From the NCBI RefSeq assembly GCF_037042905.1, contig NC_087251.1, forward strand, positions 14,572,001 to 14,636,000: DNA of 64,000 nt. The letters are read 5' to 3'. This document shows, piece by piece, positions 57,188 to 64,000 of this stretch. Both the position numbers and the translations under genes were made by a program. This DNA is from Lytechinus pictus. Its lineage: Eukaryota. The notes below the pieces were generated by a model. The model ran no database searches and was not told the DNA's origin. It saw only the letters and a program-made list of their open reading frames with translations. Numbering within the stretch: the stretch's first letter is position 1; each line of letters begins with the position of its first letter.

Positions 57188-58487
57188 TATAGGGTACCTA
57201 TCATGCTTCTCAGTCTGTATATACTGTACACTATTGTGTCAAATATTTATCATATGACACACTCTAAGTTTCTGATGAACTACTTCTTCATCTTACAGCA
57301 ACATTTATCAAGTGCAAAAAAAATAATCAAGGACTGTACAATAATGCTACCAATAAAATTGCATCGTGAATATTTTGTGTTTTACTGTCTTTTGTTTAAT
57401 GTGTACGAAGATGTTGTTAACTGCATCTATACACAAAAATCAAGTACAGCAATATATGCATATTCAAAAGTATATACCAAGAATGCAGCAAAATAAAAAA
57501 ATTAAAAGATATCAATAAGAAAGGAAATCAGTCAATTCATTGGTGCTACGAGTTATTACGACTTTCTCAATTTCATATGCATATTTTCTATCGAAAAGTC
57601 GTAAACAAAATATAATTGCATTGGTTTATTGATTATATTGATTAGCCACTCGTCCTTGAATTTCACCGAAATGCACAAAATTACAACATTTTGGCCATCG
57701 TGTAACATAATATGTTGAGTCTTGACCAACAAACATCAATGATTTTACTCGGGGACTTGTGATGACAAGACGTCTTTGGAAAATGTCTACACGGTTTCCA
57801 TAAAAGGATAATGCGTAAATTCAATTTGTGGTAATAGAGGGTATTGTACACAACTGCTAGTATCCTGGAGCCACGAAGAGTGTCTCTGAGGACTGTTGAT
57901 GGCTCAAGTGTAGCCTGGTTGAGACGTTTAGTGCGTGAGGAGTTATGTTTAGGGCATCCAAGATAAAGCATCAAGAGTTGCAATTCTATTTCAGGTACCA
58001 GGAGTGTTCAGCGGGAAAGGGAGATAATGACGATGATGGCTTTATGTGTAGACGATAGTTAATGATTGTAATAGCGGATAGAGTACGGAACTCAATCAAT
58101 CGATGTCCCTTATATGACCATCTATTGTGTGTACGACGTAAATATAATAAGACCGTCCTGACAGGAAAAAGAGACATTATTTAAGAATAAGTTGTTTATA
58201 AAAAGCTTCTCTTGGATTAGAGGCTTTTGAGAAAAAAAACATCAAAATATGCTTCACGAGATATTTCATGAAATGACACTGTCCACTGTCAGTAAGGACT
58301 GTTTCCATTTCGGAAGAACTCACACATGTGTTGAAGTATTCCCCCGCGGTTACTTCTACAAGTCTTTGACAGTTTGAAAGAGCAAAATTGAACATTTAAT
58401 GTACTGCGACAATAGAATTGGATTGTGGTAGTTTATTTGCGGTATTTCTATTCATTAGAAATAGGGGTAGACATGCAAAGTGATAGG

Positions 58488-58849
58488 CGCAGGCGTTGAT
58501 CCTGGGAGGGGGGCGATCGCCCAGCCAATGAAAATATTGGGACCAAAGTCACCAAACATATCGTTTTGCCCCCCCCCCCCACCATAATTCCGTAAGTGCA
58601 AAACAAATTGTATTCAGCAAATTAACCAAACACAACATAGAATTTAGTTTTTATATCTTTATTACAGTACAAAATCTATTATATATATATATTTGATATG
58701 TGTGTGGGTGGGTGGATGTTGTGTGAGTGTGTATGTGAGGTTGTGTGTGTTTGTTTGTGCGATTGAGCGCCTTTCTAATGCTGATTTATGACTCATGATT
58801 TTGCCCCCCCCCCCCCCCATCTGAAAAAAAAAATGGATCGACGCCCCTG
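58488..58849. mobile_element. hAT-like MITE (older)
   Basis: Ends cgcaggcgttgatcc / ggatcgacgcccctg. Degenerate 8-bp TSD gtgatagg / ctgattgg. Confidence 0.6.
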
Positions 58850-59683
58850 CTGATTGGGTTCGCTTTCTTCTGTTTTAAAATTAAAATGACGGTCTCTGGT
58901 CGAGAATATCAAGAAAAAAAATTATGTAGGCATAAAACATAACGCTCATCGGGAATTACTTGTAATATGTGTTAATGGGTCGTAAAGTTGAATAGTAATA
59001 TATTTTTATAATGCTGTTGAATTCGTGAAACCGACATGTGATAAAATGAAATTACCGATAAAAAGGCGAACTTTGTTGAAGCAATATACATAGTCAATTA
59101 GTCAGGTCTACCACTTCCTGGGACAAACTTTGACCGTGTACTTAAAAAAAAGTGGTGAATAAAGTATGGAAAAAATAATGGATCAATATTAAATAATCCA
59201 TAAGCTCTTAAAATATGGAAGCTCTAAAATTCGTTCCGCTTTTAAATACTTTTCATTTATCAGACTACATACATGACACAGATGCCTCGTATGACTCGCA
59301 TGGTCAAAGTCTCTTGACTGAGGTTAACGAACGGCTAGATATGACAAAACCCCAAATCACATTCTTTGCATTTTCTTACCCCCAAACTTTGAGGGAGATC
59401 GCACATATCCGACTGATGTAAACACTTCCGCTTATTCTCCCTCCCTGTCGAAACGGATACTTCCATTTGATAAATGGAGAAAATATGATATCGTGTGACA
59501 TTTCGATCATGTTTCTGCTTCAAGTTGAAGGTATGAGCTGAATTTAATAATTTTTTATATGAATAGAATAAATATATAATGATTGCCTCTTGAATGTCTC
59601 CTTCCATAAGAGAAAATTTAAAATAAACATATATATTGCCCCTTTGTTTAGAGAAGGCTTCATAATTCAGGCTAGGACCCATA

Positions 59684-59993
59684 GGCCCGTATTCTGAAGT
59701 CAGGTTTAACTTAGACCATGGTCTAACTATGTGCTAAAATTATGGGAAGCCAAAAGTGTTAAAATTTTCATTAATTGGTTCATTTCTTGTTTTTACTGTG
59801 CTCTTTCCTGATTGATCAACGGTGAAGACAATCAACTATTTATACTTCCTAGACAATTATGAATGATTTGAGAGCCAAATGAGCTGAAATATGATATCTC
59901 TACTGTTAATGATTTATGTAACAATTGGCTTTCCATAGTTAAACCACAACTTTAAACCTGAGTTTAAGTTAAACCCGACTTTAGAATACGGGC
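59684..59993. mobile_element. MITE
   Basis: GCCCGTATTCTGAAGTCAGGTTTAACTTA ... TAAGTTAAACCCGACTTTAGAATACGGGC terminal inverted repeat. Confidence 0.8.
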
Positions 59994-60615
59994 AATAGAA
60001 AATGGAGCAAACCTTGTTTTTCGATACAATGTTTTTTATGGTTTTTTGTCAATTCTAGGGTGCTGATTCCAAATCTGAATGATGCTACACGCGAAACCTA
60101 AGCATTCTCTGCAAATTTGAAAAATGCAACATGGCCACAAAACATGCGAATGTGAATTACCCATGGATATCACAAAACTGCACACAAATTTACCATAAAA
60201 TGCTTGTAATCGTAACGTACGAGTGAAATGCTGTCTTAAATCATGATTCATGAAGATATTCTTATATTCCTGATAATTAAAATGGCCGCCATAGACCCCT
60301 ATACTCTCATCCATGTACAGTCTAAATGCGGAAAAATAAGAGTGAGCACTAAAATGCATGTGATTGTAATCTACACTATTCTTGACAATAAAATGCATAT
60401 AATTGTGATGTACAGTATGAGTGAACTACTTATGCCAAGTATATGATATATACTGTTTTCAGAGATTGATAATGTCAGCCATAGGCCCCTTTCAATATCA
60501 TATAGATTGTGAATGAGGGAAAATATTTTAGAAAAAATGGCTTTGCTTGACTATAAAAGGGCCTATAGGTTTGATATATGAGTGATCTACTGTCTGGTAA
60601 CATGATTTCCAACAA

Positions 60616-60646
<31 letters not shown>

Positions 60647-60983
60647 CATGGATCTATATATATATATACAAATGTGTGAAGTTATACATGTACAACAACT
60701 TTGGCAACTCTTTTATTTAAATATTTTGTGAAAGAAATGGATGAAGAGAACAATGGTAGGCGTAGCTTAAATCAAGGTTCCCCAGAGCTATCTACCCTTT
60801 GGAAAAATTGGTGATGCCGAAAAAATGTCTCTGCCGGTGCCTTAACCACTAGACCACAGAGACGGGTTAGTGGCTAGGGCGACCCCGATCCGATTAACCG
60901 TCAGATAGACGGATTTTCGACACTATACCAATTATAATTTCCTTCGTCGGGTGAAGGTGGGTTTTTGAACAATGACAACTATT

Positions 60984-61082
<99 letters not shown>

Positions 61083-61177
61083 GTTATACATGTACAACAG
61101 CTTTTGGCAACTCTTTTTTATTTAAATATTGTAAAGAAATGGATGAAGAGAACAAAGGTAGCCCTAGCCACTAACCC

Positions 61178-61249
61178 GTCTCTGTGGTCTAGTGGTTAAG
61201 GCACCGGCGTTCAAAGCTGGGGGCCTGGGTTCGATTCCCGGCAGAGACA
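61178..61249 (+). tRNA. Second tRNA-like copy, anticodon TCA
   Basis: Identical to 61587-61658 except one C>T in the T stem (keeps a T-G wobble). Followed by T6. Confidence 0.68.
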
Positions 61250-61586
61250 TTTTTTCGGCATCACCAATTTTTCCAAAGGGTAGATAGCTCTGGGGAACCT
61301 TGATTTAAGCTACGCCTACCTTTGTTCTCTTCATCCATTTCTTTACAATATTTAAATAAAAAAGAGTTGCCAAAAGCTGTTGTACATGTATAACTTTACA
61401 CATTTGTATTTCTTCTCCCATATGTGTACTGTATCGAAGCAATAGCTTTGATCCAGCTGAGGCATGGCGGCTTATCATTGTTCAAAAACCCACCTACACC
61501 CGACAAAGGAAATTATAATTGGCATGGTGTCGAGAATCTGTCTATCTGACGGTCAATCGGATCGGGGTCGCCCTAGCCACTAACCC

Positions 61587-61658
61587 GTCTCTGTGGTCTA
61601 GTGGTTAAGGCACCGGCGTTCAAAGCTGGGGGCCCGGGTTCGATTCCCGGCAGAGACA
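61587..61658 (+). tRNA. Repeat-embedded tRNA-like gene with a complete cloverleaf and anticodon TCA (probably tRNA-Glu-derived)
   Basis: Acceptor GTCTCTG/CAGAGAC; D stem GTCT/AGGC; anticodon stem CCGGC/GCTGG with loop GTTCAAA; variable loop GGGC; T stem CCGGG/CCCGG with loop TTCGATT; A73; then TTTTTT. A box TGGTCTAGTGG, B box GGTTCGATTCC. Confidence 0.7.
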
Positions 61659-61806
61659 TTTTTTCGGCATCACCAATTTTTCCAAAGGGTAGATAGCTCT
61701 GGGGAACCTTGATTTAAGCTACGCCTACCTTTGTTCTCTTCATCCATTTCTTTACAATATTTAAATAAAAAAGAGTTGCCAAAAGCTGTTGTACATGTAT
61801 AACTTT

Positions 61807-61848
<42 letters not shown>

Positions 61849-61852
<4 letters not shown>

Positions 61853-62779
61853 CCCTCAAAAAAAGTTTGGAAATCTGTATTTGGCCAATAATTTCTCCCA
61901 ACTCCCAATTTTACATCATTCAAAAGATCATTTAATTCTCTTTAGGTTGATACCATGCTTATTATGATCATGCCATCAGGAAAAGAGCAGGAATCAAAAG
62001 TGTTGGATGATGTCTGAATTGAAAAGCTGCAAAACGAGCAGAAATAATCATGATGGGTCAATACAGAACATGATTCTTTTGTCTGTGTCAATAGAGATGA
62101 AAATCCATTCAAATCAAGCCCCTGCTTCTGTAGTGATGGAACTGTGAGACCATGGTTTGAGTCGTGGTTTGAAATACCCATGCATGTTTGTTTGTTATGT
62201 TTTTGCTTGTGCAGAGGTTTGTTTGATTCCACGTTAATGTTGATGTTAAGGTGCATGGAAACAATTAAAAGAAACCGCTGAGAAACTCATTCATCACCAC
62301 TGAAAAAAGAACAGTGACTTTCAATATTGTGTCATTTTGCAACTTTTGAATATCGACCTTGCCCCACATTTTAAGGCACTGCACCTCCATGTGAACGATA
62401 ATCATATCATGTAGGGTATTATTTTAATGAAAATTAAATGATCTTTTCATTGATATTAATTACACATTGATATTTACTAAAACCGATGAGGAATTATCGA
62501 TCAAAGTAAAAAAAAAAACGATGAGAAACTCACTCATCACCAAGGAAAAAAGAACAGTGACTTTCAATACTGTGTCATTTTGCAACTTTTGAATTTTGAC
62601 CTTGCCCCACATTTCAAGGCACTGCACCTCTATGTGAACCATAGTCATATCATGTAGGGTATAATTTTAAAGAAAATTAAATGTTCTATTCGTTGCTTTT
62701 AATTACACATTGATATTTACTAAAACCGAGGAGGAATTATAGATCAAAGTCAGATTTCCAAACTTTTTTTGAGGAGTTT
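61849..62779 (+). mobile_element. Tc1-like internally deleted element with a ~240-bp tandem duplication
   Basis: TIR CCTCAAAAAAAGTTTGGAAATCTG (61854-77 / 62751-74) in TA repeats. A weak remnant RDENPFKSSPCFCSDGTVRPW resembles Tc1 FSDESxF...DGR. 62273-62507 is repeated at 62517-62750. Confidence 0.7.
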
Positions 62780-63006
62780 ATATATATTATATATACATAC
62801 ATATATATATATATATATGTATAATTTACATGTAAATAATAAGTGCTGTAGTGAAAACTCAAAATGACTGCCACAGGCCCCTAGCAATATCATGTACAAT
62901 TTGAATGGGGACCATTAATATTCACAAAATTACGCTTTGCATAACCATGGAAAGCTAGTTTGTAACATAATCTGTAATTTCTTATGGTATAATGTTAGTA
63001 GTTTAA

Positions 63007-63580
63007 AGGGTTCTCCAGGCTGACAAATTTTTTACATCCAAATAAATAGAGTAAGATTCACAAAGCAAAATGCTGAAAATTTCATCAAACGCTGTTAACA
63101 AATAACGAATTTATTGAATTTTAAAGTTTAGCAAGATTTTTTTAAAACATTTATATGCACATTTTCATGAATATTCATTAGGTAGGTTGATGATGTCACA
63201 TCCCCTCTTTCCTTTTCCTTATGTAATTACATGAAATCATAATTGTTTCATTTTCATACATGTGCGAAAGATATAGGCTCCCTTAAAGTGAAATAAGTTG
63301 CAGCAATAAATATCTAATGCAATAAATCAGTTGTCAATCAAAGTTGTTTGGTTCTTGAGGGGAGAATTGAATAAATAATAATTTCATAGAATAAAATAAA
63401 AAAAAGAACAAATGGGGATATGACATCATCAGTTTGTTCATTGAATATTCACGAAGACATGCCCAGAACTGTTTGACTGAAATAATGCAAATCTTTCAAA
63501 AGTCATAACTTTGTTATTCCTTGTCCGATTTTAATCAAATTTTCAGTGTTTCGTTTGTCTGATTTTTCTTTATCTGTTCA
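63007..63580. mobile_element. Kolobok-like MITE, inverted copy of the 44121-44713 family
   Basis: Begins ttaaAGGGTTCTCCAGGCTG. The body is the reverse complement of 44140-44710. Right end eroded. Confidence 0.75.
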
Positions 63581-64000
63581 AAACATATAATAACTGTATT
63601 ATATACAATATGCATGTTGGAACAGAAATTTGATATGGTATATATGTTGTTTTATTTTTTCATATTCAGCAAACAATAAGGTAGGGGCCAAAGAAAGCCA
63701 ATAATAATTCCGAAAAAATATTACCATACCAAATCTAAACTTTTATCATAATTCATGTTTTCAGACACCATTTCACTAATATTTCGTGGTAAAGAAATGC
63801 AATTTTTTGTCGAAGGTCCACATTCACGTTGTACATAATATTGTTAGGGCTATGGAGGCCATTTTGGATTGCAAAATACAACAATTGTAGCCTACATAGC
63901 AGATTAATTTATATAATTCATTAGAAATCACATTTCCAGGCAATATTTTCTCACAGATCAAAATTAAATGCATTTTATGCTTTTTACTTTTGTGAAAATT

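Larger units (their letters stand above)
60670..61812. mobile_element. Cluster of tRNA-containing repeat units: minus-strand copy, inverted 3' piece and two + strand tandem units (409-bp period). Possibly a Penelope-like non-autonomous element
   Basis: Minus copy 60670-60975; inverted 3' segment 61075-61160 fused to + copy at 61161; tRNA starts at 61178 and 61587; (TA)n/(TG)n tracts at the ends. The family assignment is inference. Confidence 0.75.

Noticed and set aside
57995..58060. Possible exon after tttcAG (YQECSAGKGDNDDDGFMCRR*) as a GPB5 piece
   Set aside because: Cysteine spacing does not match GPB5.
61424..61548. Short frame CIEAIALIQLRHGG... as a GIY-YIG C-terminal remnant
   Set aside because: The resemblance is too short to support without an autonomous copy for comparison.
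61587..61658. Canonical tRNA-Sec gene
   Set aside because: It has a 7-bp acceptor, 5-bp T stem, 4-nt variable loop and A73, and lies inside a multicopy repeat, so it lacks tRNA-Sec architecture.

Overview
AT-rich, repeat-dense animal genomic DNA. The repeat families and the hormone sequence suggest an echinoderm, probably a sea urchin (inference). One protein-coding gene can be built confidently: a three-coding-exon glycoprotein hormone alpha-2 (GPA2, thyrostimulin alpha-like) cystine-knot precursor on the + strand (46237-46348, 52517-52695, 53917-54018; 130 aa, signal peptide, 10 Cys). The rest is intergenic or intronic. It holds non-autonomous DNA transposons (Kolobok-like with TTAA TSDs, one carrying a THAP remnant; hAT-like with 8-bp TSDs; PIF/Harbinger-like and Tc1-like MITEs), two L2/CR1-group LINE fragments and microsatellites. 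The most unusual feature is a ~409-bp repeat found beside (TA)n tracts in tandem and inverted, Penelope-like arrangement. It carries an internal, fully paired 72-nt tRNA cloverleaf with a centred UCA (opal-reading) anticodon, A/B boxes and a T6 terminator. Most short ORFs in the supplied track are spurious. All calls are by eye, with no database searches.
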